Source: an uncultured Aliarcobacter sp. (GTDB taxonomy: Bacteria; Campylobacterota; Campylobacteria; Campylobacterales; Arcobacteraceae). Taken from it: a DNA stretch of 64,000 bases. The stretch lies in the NCBI GenBank assembly GCA_963664305.2, contig CAXXLV010000001.1, positions 800,001 through 864,000 on the forward strand, given 5' to 3'. The notes below the pieces were generated by a model. It was given only the letters and a program-made list of their open reading frames with translations. It did no database searches and had not been told where the DNA came from. Of this stretch, positions 10,872 to 20,674 are shown one piece after another. Numbering within the stretch: position 1 is the stretch's first letter; each line of letters starts with the position of its first letter. Made by a program: the position numbers and the translations under genes.

Positions 10872-11289
10872 TTATTACACCATTATCTTTTATAAATTTT
10901 GATATAACTTCTGAATTTGTATGTTCATAAGCTTTTTCGTAAACTATTCTTTTTATTCCACTTGCAATTAAATTTTTTGAACATTCACTACAAGGTTCAA
11001 GTGTTACATAAATTGTTGCACCTTCTATTGAAATACCTTTTCTAGCTGCCCAAATAATCGCATTCATTTCTGCATGAATTTCATAAGTTTTTGACCATTC
11101 ATGATGCTCTTTTGTATATTGTCCATTCCAATGTTCAGTACAATTTTTATAACCAGCTGGTGTTCCATTGTAACCTGTTGATAGGATTCTTCCATCCTTT
11201 ACTATTACTGCACCAACTTGTTTTGATACACATTTTGAAGCCATTGCAATCTCTTTTGCAATGTTTATAAAACTTTGATCATTTAACAT
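10852..11289 (-). CDS. dCMP deaminase family protein
   Basis: GYNG, HAEMNA and PCSEC zinc motifs. Confidence 0.9.
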   Translation of the reverse strand: MLNDQSFINIAKEIAMASKCVSKQVGAVIVKDGRILSTGYNGTPAGYKNCTEHWNGQYTKEHHEWSKTYEIHAEMNAIIWAARKGISIEGATIYVTLEPCSECSKNLIASGIKRIVYEKAYEHTNSEVISKFIKDNGVIIEQISK

Positions 11290-11447
11290 AATATTCCTAA
11301 TTAAATTTTTTTAATTATATCAAAAAGATATTTCAAAGATATTTTATCTCTTAACTTAAATAAAGCTTATTTAATTTAACAAAAATATATTTATCAGAAA
11401 AATTGTGCTATTATGAGAAAAAATTTTACTAAATATAAAGGCTAAGT

Positions 11448-11915
11448 ATGGATTTTAAAGACATCAAAGAATTAATTAGAGTTTTCGACAAAAGCGAACT
11501 TAACAAATTAAAAGTTAAAGAGGGTGAATTCGAAATCTCTATGCAAAGAGGTTTTGAAGGTGTTGTAACTACTGTATCAGCTGCTCCAGCAGTTGCTGCT
11601 CCTGTTGCAGCTGTTAGTGCACCAGTTGCAACTGTAAATGTTGCTTCAACTGAAACAGCAACTACAGCAAAAAGTGGAGATATGATTAACTCTCCAATGG
11701 TTGGAACATTCTACTCTTCACCTTCTCCAGAATCTCCAGCATTCGTAAATGTAGGTGATACTGTTAAAAAAGGTCAAACTCTTTGTATTTTAGAAGCGAT
11801 GAAAATCATGAATGAGGTTGAGGCTGAATTTGATTGTAAAATTTTAGAGATTCTTGTTAAAGATGGTTCTCCTGTTGAGTATGATATGCCAATTTTTGTT
11901 GTTGAAAAATTATAA
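11448..11915 (+). CDS. accB: Biotin carboxyl carrier protein
   Basis: SPMVGTFY; EAMK biotinylation motif. Confidence 0.96.
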   Translation: MDFKDIKELIRVFDKSELNKLKVKEGEFEISMQRGFEGVVTTVSAAPAVAAPVAAVSAPVATVNVASTETATTAKSGDMINSPMVGTFYSSPSPESPAFVNVGDTVKKGQTLCILEAMKIMNEVEAEFDCKILEILVKDGSPVEYDMPIFVVEKL

Positions 11916-11924
11916 GAGTTAAAT

Positions 11925-13277
11925 ATGGCAGAAATTAAAAAAATTTTAATAGCTAACAGAGGAGAAATCGTTCAAAGAGCTGTTAGAACAATAAGAGAAA
12001 TGGGAAAAAAATCAGTTGCTATTTATAGTGCTGGTGATAAAAATGCATCATATTTAAAACATGCTGATGAAGCTGTATGTATTGGTGGTGCAAAATCAAG
12101 TGAATCATACTTAAATATTCCAGCAATTATCACTGCTGCTGAAATGACAGGTTGTGACGCAATTTTCCCAGGATATGGTTTCTTATCTGAAAATCAAGAT
12201 TTTGTTGAAATTTGTAGATTACACAATATCAAATTTATTGGTCCATCTGTTGAAGTTATGGAAAAAATGGCTGATAAATCAAAAGCAAAAGAAGAGATGA
12301 TTAAAGCTGGAGTTCCTGTTGTTCCAGGATCTAAAGGTGCTGTTCACTCTGTAACTGAAGGTAAAAAAGTTGCTGCTGAGATTGGTTACCCAATTATGGC
12401 AAAAGCTGCTGCTGGTGGTGGTGGAAGAGGAATGAGACTTATTAAAGAAGAATCAGAATTCGAACAACTATTCATGGCAGCATCAAGTGAAGCACTTGCC
12501 GCATTTGGTGATGGAACAATGTATCTTGAAAGATTTATTAATAATCCAAGACACATCGAAGTTCAAGTTGTTGGAGATTCTCATGGTAATGCAATTCATA
12601 TTGGTGAAAGAGATTGTTCTTTACAAAGAAGACATCAAAAAGTTATCGAAGAATCACCTGCAATTTTATTAAATGATGAAACAAGAGCTAAACTTCATGA
12701 TGTTGCAGTTAAAGCTACTAAATATTTAAAATATGAAGGTGCTGGAACATTTGAATTCTTAGCAGATGACAAACAAAATATCTATTTTATGGAAATGAAT
12801 ACAAGACTTCAAGTTGAGCATCCAGTTTCTGAAATGGTTTCAGGTATTGATATTGTTGAACTTATGATTAAAGTTGCTGAAGGTGAAAAAGTTCCTCCTC
12901 AAGAAGCAATTAAATTTAGAGGTCATGCTATTGAGTGTAGAATTACAGCTGAAGATCCAAATACTTTCTTACCTTGCCCAGGAAAAATCACACAATGGAT
13001 GGTTCCAGGTGGAAGAAATGTAAGAGTTGATTCTCATATTTATACAAACTATGTAGTTCCTCCATATTATGACTCAATGATTGGGAAACTTATTGTTTGG
13101 GGAAGAGATAGAAATAAAGCTATTAATATCATGAAAAGAGCTTTAGCTGAATTTGAAGTAGAAGGAATTAAAACTACAATTCCATTCCACCAAAAAATGA
13201 TGGAAAATGAAGATTTCATCTCAAATAACTACGATACAAAATACTTAGAAAACTATAAAGGTCTAGGTGATTTATAA
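11925..13277 (+). CDS. accC: Biotin carboxylase
   Basis: ILIANRGEI, GGGGRGMR, EMNTRLQVEHP. Confidence 0.96.
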   Translation: MAEIKKILIANRGEIVQRAVRTIREMGKKSVAIYSAGDKNASYLKHADEAVCIGGAKSSESYLNIPAIITAAEMTGCDAIFPGYGFLSENQDFVEICRLHNIKFIGPSVEVMEKMADKSKAKEEMIKAGVPVVPGSKGAVHSVTEGKKVAAEIGYPIMAKAAAGGGGRGMRLIKEESEFEQLFMAASSEALAAFGDGTMYLERFINNPRHIEVQVVGDSHGNAIHIGERDCSLQRRHQKVIEESPAILLNDETRAKLHDVAVKATKYLKYEGAGTFEFLADDKQNIYFMEMNTRLQVEHPVSEMVSGIDIVELMIKVAEGEKVPPQEAIKFRGHAIECRITAEDPNTFLPCPGKITQWMVPGGRNVRVDSHIYTNYVVPPYYDSMIGKLIVWGRDRNKAINIMKRALAEFEVEGIKTTIPFHQKMMENEDFISNNYDTKYLENYKGLGDL

Positions 13278-13281
13278 GAAT

Positions 13282-13299
13282 AAGAGCTCTGCTCTTTTT
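13282..13299 (+). terminator. Intrinsic terminator after accC
   Basis: AAGAGC-TCT-GCTCTT followed by TTT. Confidence 0.6.
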
Positions 13300-13511
13300 C
13301 TTAAAGCTTAAATTTATCTAAAATTAGCTATACTCCGCAAAATTATACACATTTATATACCCATTAAACTTTGATAAATCAAAGTTTCATTTTCAGAACT
13401 GACACTTGCAAGGCTCAATTTGCGTTTTATATTGTACATCTATGGGAAATAGGCTTAAATCTATATTTATATAACCGTGTATATTTTAATATTTATATAC
13501 AAAGGTAAAAA

Positions 13512-15116
13512 ATGACTTTTAACGAATTCAATTTCAAAGAACAATTACAAAAGGCAATTGACGAAGCAGGTTTCAAAGAACCAAGTCCAATTCAAGAACA
13601 AGCAATTCCTGTTATTTCAACAGGAAAAGATATTGTTGGACAAGCACATACAGGTACAGGAAAAACAGCAGCTTTTGGATTACCAATCTTAAATAGATTA
13701 AAAGGTAAATCAGGTGTAGAAGCAGTTGTTATTGTTCCAACTAGAGAATTAGCAATGCAAGTTTCTGATGAATTATACAGATTTGGAAAATTCTTAGGAA
13801 TTAATACAGCAACTGTTTATGGTGGACAAGCATATGCTAGACAAATTAAATTAATTGAAAATGCAAGTATTATTATTGCAACTCCTGGAAGATTTCTTGA
13901 TTTATTAAGAGGCGATAAAATTGATATAAAACCAGATTATGTTGTTCTTGATGAAGCAGATGAAATGTTAGATATGGGATTCTTAGACGATATTAAAGAA
14001 ATTTTCACATTCTTACCAGAAGATAGACAAACTTTATTATTCTCTGCAACTATGCCAGTAGCAATTAAAAATCTTGCAAAAACAATTTTAAAAGAACCAG
14101 AATTTATTACATTAACAAAAAGTGATGTAACAAATGCAAAAATTACTCAAACTTTTTACGTTGTTGATGAAAAAGAGAGAGATGATGCATTAATCAGACT
14201 TTACGATTTCAAAAATCCAAAAAAATCAATTATTTTTTGTAGAACAAAAAAAGAAGTTGATAGGCTTTCAACTTTCTTAGTTTCTCAAGGATTTATGGCA
14301 AAAGGTCTTCATGGTGATATGGAGCAAAGACAAAGAGAGGAAGCAATTAGAGCATTTAAAACATCTAAACTTGAAATTTTAATTGCAACAGATGTTGCAG
14401 CAAGAGGTTTAGATGTAAATGACGTAACTCACGTATTTAACTACCATTTACCATTTGATTCAGAGTCTTATGTTCACAGAATAGGAAGAACTGGACGTGC
14501 TGGAAAAGAAGGTGTTGCAATTTCAATTGTTACTCCACATGAATTTAGAATGTTACAAAAAATTGAGAAATCAATTGGTACTAAACTTGAGGCAAAAATT
14601 GTTCCAAATATAAATTCAGTAAAAATGAAAAAATTTGCTGATTTAAAACAACAAATTGTTGAACAAGAGATAAAAGATTATGCTTTAGAATTAGTTGAAG
14701 AGTTAAAAGAAGAGTTTGATATCTCAACTATTGCATTTAAATTAGCTTCAATGATTTCTGCATCTACATATGTTCAAGGTAATAATAATATCGGTAAATC
14801 AGAAACTGATATTCAAAGATTAATTGAAAATAGTCAAAGAAATGATAGAGATGATTCTGGAAGAAATTCTAGAGGTAGAGGTGGACGATTTGGTTCAAGA
14901 GGTGGAGATAGAGATAGAAATTCTAGAAGTGGTGACAGAAACTCTAGAGGTGGAGATAGAGATAGAGCACCAAGAGGTGATAGATCGTCAAGACCATCTG
15001 GAGACAGAGATAGAGCACCAAGAGGTGATAGATCATCAAGACCATCTGGAGATAGAAAACCAAGTGGAGATAGATCATCAAGACCATCAGGTGATAGAAA
15101 TAGAAAAAGGGATTAA
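13512..15116 (+). CDS. DEAD-box RNA helicase (CsdA/RhpA-like) with R/D/G/S-rich tail
   Basis: Q motif, TGTGKT, PTRELA, DEAD, SAT, HRIGRTGR. Confidence 0.95.
   Translation: MTFNEFNFKEQLQKAIDEAGFKEPSPIQEQAIPVISTGKDIVGQAHTGTGKTAAFGLPILNRLKGKSGVEAVVIVPTRELAMQVSDELYRFGKFLGINTATVYGGQAYARQIKLIENASIIIATPGRFLDLLRGDKIDIKPDYVVLDEADEMLDMGFLDDIKEIFTFLPEDRQTLLFSATMPVAIKNLAKTILKEPEFITLTKSDVTNAKITQTFYVVDEKERDDALIRLYDFKNPKKSIIFCRTKKEVDRLSTFLVSQGFMAKGLHGDMEQRQREEAIRAFKTSKLEILIATDVAARGLDVNDVTHVFNYHLPFDSESYVHRIGRTGRAGKEGVAISIVTPHEFRMLQKIEKSIGTKLEAKIVPNINSVKMKKFADLKQQIVEQEIKDYALELVEELKEEFDISTIAFKLASMISASTYVQGNNNIGKSETDIQRLIENSQRNDRDDSGRNSRGRGGRFGSRGGDRDRNSRSGDRNSRGGDRDRAPRGDRSSRPSGDRDRAPRGDRSSRPSGDRKPSGDRSSRPSGDRNRKRD
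14952..15056 (+). repeat. 48-bp coding tandem repeat (GDRDRAPRGDRSSRPS x2 plus a partial copy)
   Basis: Near-identical copies start at 14952 and 15000. Confidence 0.85.
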
Positions 15117-15273
15117 TCCTTTTTCTATAAATTTTCTCTATAAAATATATACTTTCTCAAAATAAAATAACTTTTAACTATAATAACTTTAAGGTTTTTT
15201 AAAGCTTTAATAAGAAATATCCTACTATAATATTATCCTACTTACGTTACAAAATAATTACAAAAGGTTTACT

Positions 15274-16860
15274 TTGGATATTAAAACGATTAACAGGTTT
15301 GAAAAAGCGCAAGCTAAAACTCTTCCTGGATTTGCTAAATTATCATTAGCACTTCTATTTATTGTTGTTGTTTTCCTATGGTCTTATGCCTCACACGGAA
15401 ATCTTCCTAATAATATGTTTTTAGTTATTGGAGCAGTATTTGGTGCTTACATGGCTATGAATATTGGTGCTAATGATGTTGCAAATAATGTTGGACCAGC
15501 TGTTGGTTCAAAAGCTCTTACTTTAACAGGTGCAATTATGATTGCTGCTATATTTGAAGCTTTAGGTTCATTTATTGCAGGAGGAGATGTTGTTAAAACA
15601 ATTAAAGATGGGATTATCAATCCTTCGATGATTGAAAATCCAGAAATATTTATTTGGGCAATGACAGCAGCATTACTTGCAGCAGCATTATGGTTAAACT
15701 TTGCAACTTCAATAGGTGCACCTGTTTCAACTACTCACTCTATTGTAGGTGGAGTAATGGGAGCTGGAATTGCAGCAGCTGGATTTGCAATCGTTTCTTG
15801 GGATACAGTTGGAAAAATTGTTGCATCTTGGATTGTTTCTCCATTACTTGGTGGGATTATTGCCGCTGCATTTTTATACTTTATTAAAAAACAAATTGTT
15901 TTCCAAGAAAATATGATTGAAGCTTCTAAAAAGTTTGTTCCAGTTTTAATTGCAATTATGACATGGACTTTTAGTACATATCTTATTTTAAAAGGTTTAA
16001 AACACTTAATTGATTTAAATTTTGTTACTGCATCTATAGTTGGTTTATTGATTAGTATTGGTGCATATTTCTTTGTTAAACCATTAATTGCAAAGGCATC
16101 AAATAAATTAACAAATTCAAGAGCATCTGTAAATACTTTATTTAATATTCCTTTAGTTTTTGCTGCTGCTTTATTATCATTTGCTCATGGTGCAAATGAT
16201 GTTGCAAATGCAATTGGACCACTTGCTGCAATTAATGATGCTATTATCAATACTGAAATTTCAAGTAAAGTATCTATTCCTTTATGGGTAATGGCTGTTG
16301 GAGCTTTTGGTATTGTAATTGGTTTAATGTTATATGGTCCTAAACTTATAAAAACTGTTGGATCTGAAATAACTGAATTAGATCAAATTAGAGCTTACTC
16401 TATTGCAATGTCAGCTGCATTTACTGTTATCGTTGCAAGTCAATTAGGTTTACCTGTTTCTTCAACACATATTGCTGTTGGTGGTGTTTTTGGTGTTGGA
16501 TTTTTAAGAGAAGTTCTTGATAACAATGAAAAAAGATTTTTACAAGAAACAAGAAAAAGATTTAAAAGACATAAAAGAGAATTAGATTTTATGCAAGATG
16601 AGTTAGATAGATTAGAATTAATTAAAGATAAATCAAAAGCTCACTATATGAAAATTGTTGAATTGTATAAAAAAATTGATGACAGAGAAAATCTTGTTAA
16701 ACAAGAAAGAAAAGATGTTAAAGATGCAAAAAGTACTAAATATGTAAAAAGAGATGCAATTAAAAAAATAGTTGCTGCTTGGATTATTACTGTTCCTGCT
16801 GCTGCTATTCTTTCTGCTGCAATATTTTTTATGATTAAGGGTATTATGGTTACTGCATAG
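15274..16860 (+). CDS. Inorganic phosphate transporter (PiT family)
   Basis: Two GANDVAN signatures; PVSTTH and PVSSTH; TTG start. Confidence 0.93.
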   Translation: MDIKTINRFEKAQAKTLPGFAKLSLALLFIVVVFLWSYASHGNLPNNMFLVIGAVFGAYMAMNIGANDVANNVGPAVGSKALTLTGAIMIAAIFEALGSFIAGGDVVKTIKDGIINPSMIENPEIFIWAMTAALLAAALWLNFATSIGAPVSTTHSIVGGVMGAGIAAAGFAIVSWDTVGKIVASWIVSPLLGGIIAAAFLYFIKKQIVFQENMIEASKKFVPVLIAIMTWTFSTYLILKGLKHLIDLNFVTASIVGLLISIGAYFFVKPLIAKASNKLTNSRASVNTLFNIPLVFAAALLSFAHGANDVANAIGPLAAINDAIINTEISSKVSIPLWVMAVGAFGIVIGLMLYGPKLIKTVGSEITELDQIRAYSIAMSAAFTVIVASQLGLPVSSTHIAVGGVFGVGFLREVLDNNEKRFLQETRKRFKRHKRELDFMQDELDRLELIKDKSKAHYMKIVELYKKIDDRENLVKQERKDVKDAKSTKYVKRDAIKKIVAAWIITVPAAAILSAAIFFMIKGIMVTA

Positions 16861-16934
16861 GAACTTTTCCTATGTAGACTTCTTTTTATTTATCTCATTA
16901 ATGTTAAAATTCCTAAAATTTTTTAGGATTTACT

Positions 16935-17849
16935 ATCGAAGCTATATTTTCTGTTTTACCCGTTTATTTTTTTATTTTATTAGGTTTTACTGCAAAAAAG
17001 ATTTTTACTAACCAACTAGATGAGAGAACATTAGTTTTATTATCTCTTTATTTCTTTCAACCTATTCTTATATTTTGGGGATTGACAAAAAGACCTATTG
17101 ATTATGAATTTATTGCTTCCCCAATTTTATATTTTATTATTCTATTAATTTCTCTTGTTATATTAATTTTTGTTAGTAAAAAAATATTTTCAGAAAGACA
17201 AGACCAGTCAATTTATTTAGCAACAGCTTTGATAGGAAATACTGGAAATCTTGGAATTCCATTAGGGATTGCATTATTTGGTATAGAATCTGTTCCTTAC
17301 ACAAGTATTATTAACATTGCAAATACATTGTTTATTTATATTTTTTCAGTTTATTATTTTGCACGAGATAAATTTTCTATTAAGCAAGCAATTATTTCAA
17401 TTATGAAGATTCCTGGTATTTGGTTTGCAATTTTTGCTTTGATAATTAATTCTCAAGGAATTAGTATAAATAAATATGTTTATACTGCACTTGAAATGGG
17501 TGCATATACTTCAATGGTAATTCAACTTTTTATATTTGGTATGTACTTATCTAGTGTAAAAGTCAAAGTTTTACCTTGGTATTCATCTTTACATATTAGT
17601 TTTGTAAAGCATATTTTATTACCTGCAATTGGAATAATTGTTATTGTAAATTTTACAAATTTAAATTCATATGTTGCATCTATTTTAATTATGGAACTTA
17701 TGGTTCCTCTAGCTGTAAATAATGTCAATCTTGCTGCTTTATATCATTGTAAACCTTATGATGTTGCTGCATCTATTTTAATATCAAGTGTAGTATTTGT
17801 TTCTTTTTTATATTTTTATATTCAAATTATTAAATATTTTATTAAGTAG
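16935..17849 (+). CDS. AEC (auxin efflux carrier) family transporter; start probably upstream of the ORF-track TTG
   Basis: GNTGNLGIPL motif; the frame extends 49 codons upstream of 17082 to an ATC preceded by AGGA. Confidence 0.8.
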   Translation: MEAIFSVLPVYFFILLGFTAKKIFTNQLDERTLVLLSLYFFQPILIFWGLTKRPIDYEFIASPILYFIILLISLVILIFVSKKIFSERQDQSIYLATALIGNTGNLGIPLGIALFGIESVPYTSIINIANTLFIYIFSVYYFARDKFSIKQAIISIMKIPGIWFAIFALIINSQGISINKYVYTALEMGAYTSMVIQLFIFGMYLSSVKVKVLPWYSSLHISFVKHILLPAIGIIVIVNFTNLNSYVASILIMELMVPLAVNNVNLAALYHCKPYDVAASILISSVVFVSFLYFYIQIIKYFIK

Positions 17850-17854
17850 TTTAT

Positions 17855-19645
17855 ATGTGTGGAATAATTGGTACAAACTTTATATCAGAAAGATTTGATA
17901 AATCTTTAGAACTTTTACATCATAGAGGTCCAGACTTTCAGAATTCAATTAAAATTGATAACAAACAATTTGGTCATACAAGACTAGCAATTATTGATTT
18001 AGATGAAGAAGCAAATCAACCTATGATATTTGATGATATTTTACTTGTTTTTAATGGAGAGATTTACAACTATAAAGAATTGATTCACGTGGAACATTTA
18101 GAGTGTAAAACAAAAAGTGATAGTGAAGTATTAATAAGACTTTATCAAAAGTATGGATTTGATTTTTTAAATAAACTAAATGGGATGTTTTCTTTTTGTA
18201 TTTATGATATGAAAAAAGATTTATATTTTTGTGCACGTGATAGATATGGTAAAAAACCATTTTTTTACTATTTTAAAGATAATAAGTTTATTTTTTCATC
18301 AAGTGTAAAATCAATTTTAAATCTACTTGATTATAAACCAAATCTAAATAAAGTAGCACTTTCAAAATATATGCAATATTTTGTATCTTTAGGTGAAGAT
18401 TCTTTCTATAATGATATTTTTAAATTAGAAGCTTCATCATATATGATTTATGAGCCAAATAAAAGCACTGAGCTTCAAAAGAAGAAATATTACAAGATAA
18501 ATACCTATAAAGCTATAAAAGACGAAAAACAAGCTTTAAATGACATTGAAGAGCTTTTATTTAAAAGTGTTGAATATAGACTTAATAGTGATGTTGAAGT
18601 TGCTTCACTTTTAAGTGGTGGAATTGATAGTTCATTAATCTCTGCACTTTATACAAAAATTTCTGGAAAGAAAATTAATACCTTTAGTATTGGTTATGAT
18701 GAATATAAAAATTATTGTGAGTTAGATTTTGCACAAATTACTGCAAAGCACATAAACTCAAATCATCATCCAGTAGAGATAAATCAAAAAGAGTATATCA
18801 ATCATTTTGAGCAAACTCTTGATATGCTTGAAGAACCTCATGGAGATAGTGCAGCGATTCCTTTAAATATTTTAACAAAACAAATACATCAAGCTGGAAT
18901 AAAAACTGTATTGTCAGGTGAAGGGAGTGATGAGATATTTTTGGGTTATGATAACTATTCAAAATTTCTAAAGTATTATGAATTTGAAAAGAGTTTATCA
19001 AATGAACAAAATATTTTTTTAAATGACATAATTGGAGCTTTACAAAATAATACAAAAGAGAGTGAATATTTAAGAAGAATTGTAAAAAAACAAAATCTTT
19101 ATAACTCTTTTGGGGAAATATATACAGATATTCAAAGAAAAAGATTATTCAAAAAAGTTCCAACATATAAAGGTGAAACAGCAAAACAAGATCCAGTTGA
19201 TTGGATGAGTTATATTGATTTAAAAATATGGCTAGGAGAATCACTTTTATCAAAAGTAGATAGAATATCTATGGGTAACTCTTTGGAGGTTAGAACACCA
19301 TTTCTGGACGTCAATTTAGTTAATTATATGTTTAGTGTGGAATCAGCCATAAAAGTTGGTGATACAAATAAATATCTATTAAAAAAAATTGCTTCAAAAT
19401 ATATTCCAGAAACTATAATAAACAGAACAAAAAAAGGTTTTAATTCTCCATTTAATGAGTGGCTTAATAAAGAGTATAAAGATAAAGTTCTTGATGTTAT
19501 AGTTGAAGTAAATAATGCAACAAATTTATTTAATCATGAGTATATATTACATATTTATCAATTATCTAAATCAAATAAATTTAAACAACATTTATATTCA
19601 CTTTTTGTTTTCTCTTTATGGTACAAAAAGGAATTTTTATCTTAA
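17855..19645 (+). CDS. asnB: Asparagine synthase (glutamine-hydrolysing) family amidotransferase
   Basis: MCGI Ntn start, HRGPD, RLAIID, LSGGIDSS, SGEGSDE. Confidence 0.92.
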   Translation: MCGIIGTNFISERFDKSLELLHHRGPDFQNSIKIDNKQFGHTRLAIIDLDEEANQPMIFDDILLVFNGEIYNYKELIHVEHLECKTKSDSEVLIRLYQKYGFDFLNKLNGMFSFCIYDMKKDLYFCARDRYGKKPFFYYFKDNKFIFSSSVKSILNLLDYKPNLNKVALSKYMQYFVSLGEDSFYNDIFKLEASSYMIYEPNKSTELQKKKYYKINTYKAIKDEKQALNDIEELLFKSVEYRLNSDVEVASLLSGGIDSSLISALYTKISGKKINTFSIGYDEYKNYCELDFAQITAKHINSNHHPVEINQKEYINHFEQTLDMLEEPHGDSAAIPLNILTKQIHQAGIKTVLSGEGSDEIFLGYDNYSKFLKYYEFEKSLSNEQNIFLNDIIGALQNNTKESEYLRRIVKKQNLYNSFGEIYTDIQRKRLFKKVPTYKGETAKQDPVDWMSYIDLKIWLGESLLSKVDRISMGNSLEVRTPFLDVNLVNYMFSVESAIKVGDTNKYLLKKIASKYIPETIINRTKKGFNSPFNEWLNKEYKDKVLDVIVEVNNATNLFNHEYILHIYQLSKSNKFKQHLYSLFVFSLWYKKEFLS

Positions 19646-19696
19646 GATAAAAGATTGTAAAATCAAAAAAATTTAAACAAATATAAAAGAGAAATT

Positions 19697-19999
19697 ATGA
19701 CTATATTAATTCCTGTTAATTCAAAAGATAGACATCAATGTGTTATTTCTTCAATTGAAGAGAATAAAGCTTGGGCATTTATAACTTTAGATGAAGGAAA
19801 AATATCAAAAGTAGAATTTTTTGATAGACGTGAAGATATTTCATGTTGGATTGATGCCGTTGTTGTTATAAACAATTTAGAATATGTTTGGCCATTTATG
19901 GATGAAGGTATTATTGCTTTAGTTGCTCCAACACAAAAAAGTATAGATGAAATTGTTGAAGCATTTTTATTCAAAGATTTACACGATTTTTCAATTTAA
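19697..19999 (+). CDS. Hypothetical protein, possibly NifB/NifX-like fold
   Basis: 100-aa ORF coupled to the next gene (TAATG); loose resemblance only (ILIPV start, SIDEIVEAFL end). Confidence 0.6.
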   Translation: MTILIPVNSKDRHQCVISSIEENKAWAFITLDEGKISKVEFFDRREDISCWIDAVVVINNLEYVWPFMDEGIIALVAPTQKSIDEIVEAFLFKDLHDFSI

Positions 20000-20619
20000 T
20001 GAAATTTACTAAAAAAGATTTAGACACACTTACAAATATTATTGCCTCAAGACGTGATGTTAGAGGCAATAACTTCATAAATAAAAAAATATCAAGTAAA
20101 AAATTAAATATGATATTGGAGTCTGCACTTCATGCTCCTTCTGTTGGTTATTCTCAGCCTTGGAGATTTATTATAGTTGATGAAGAAAAACGTGATATTG
20201 TTTATAAACACTTTAGTAAATCATTTGAAAAGAGTAAAGATAAATTTAAAGATAGACCTTTATATAACAATTTAAAACTTGAAGGTATTAAAGAATCAAA
20301 TATTAATATTGCTGTTTATTATAAAAAAAGTTCTAATAACATTTTAGGACAAACTTATATGAAAAGAACAGGTGAATATTCTGTTGTTTGTGCAATACTT
20401 AATATGTGGCTTACTGCTCGAGCTTTAAATATTGGAATGGGATGGGTTTCTATTTTAAAACCAAAAAAAATTAATAAAATATTTAATATAAATAAAGATG
20501 AATATAAATTTATTGCATATCTTTGTTTTGGTTATACAAAAGAGTTTTATGATGAACCAGAATTAAAGAAACTAAAATGGGATAAAGAAAAAAAACTCAA
20601 AGATTGTATACTCAATTAA
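19999..20619 (+). CDS. bluB: 5,6-dimethylbenzimidazole synthase (nitroreductase fold)
   Basis: RRDVR, APSVGYSQPWRF, LKLEGI, GMGWVSIL. Confidence 0.85.
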   Translation: MKFTKKDLDTLTNIIASRRDVRGNNFINKKISSKKLNMILESALHAPSVGYSQPWRFIIVDEEKRDIVYKHFSKSFEKSKDKFKDRPLYNNLKLEGIKESNINIAVYYKKSSNNILGQTYMKRTGEYSVVCAILNMWLTARALNIGMGWVSILKPKKINKIFNINKDEYKFIAYLCFGYTKEFYDEPELKKLKWDKEKKLKDCILN

Positions 20620-20674
20620 GCCTTTTAATATTCTCCTACTAATATAATGCCTTTTTATTAAAAAAGGAGTACAA

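Noticed and set aside
10296..11289. Methyltransferase plus deaminase as a defence or DNA-modification system
   Set aside because: The deaminase is a short stand-alone dCMP-deaminase type without a kinase/P-loop domain, in a housekeeping context with no mobility signs
14824..15165. 113-aa EIEIE-repeat ORF
   Set aside because: Alternative frame of the helicase's repetitive tail
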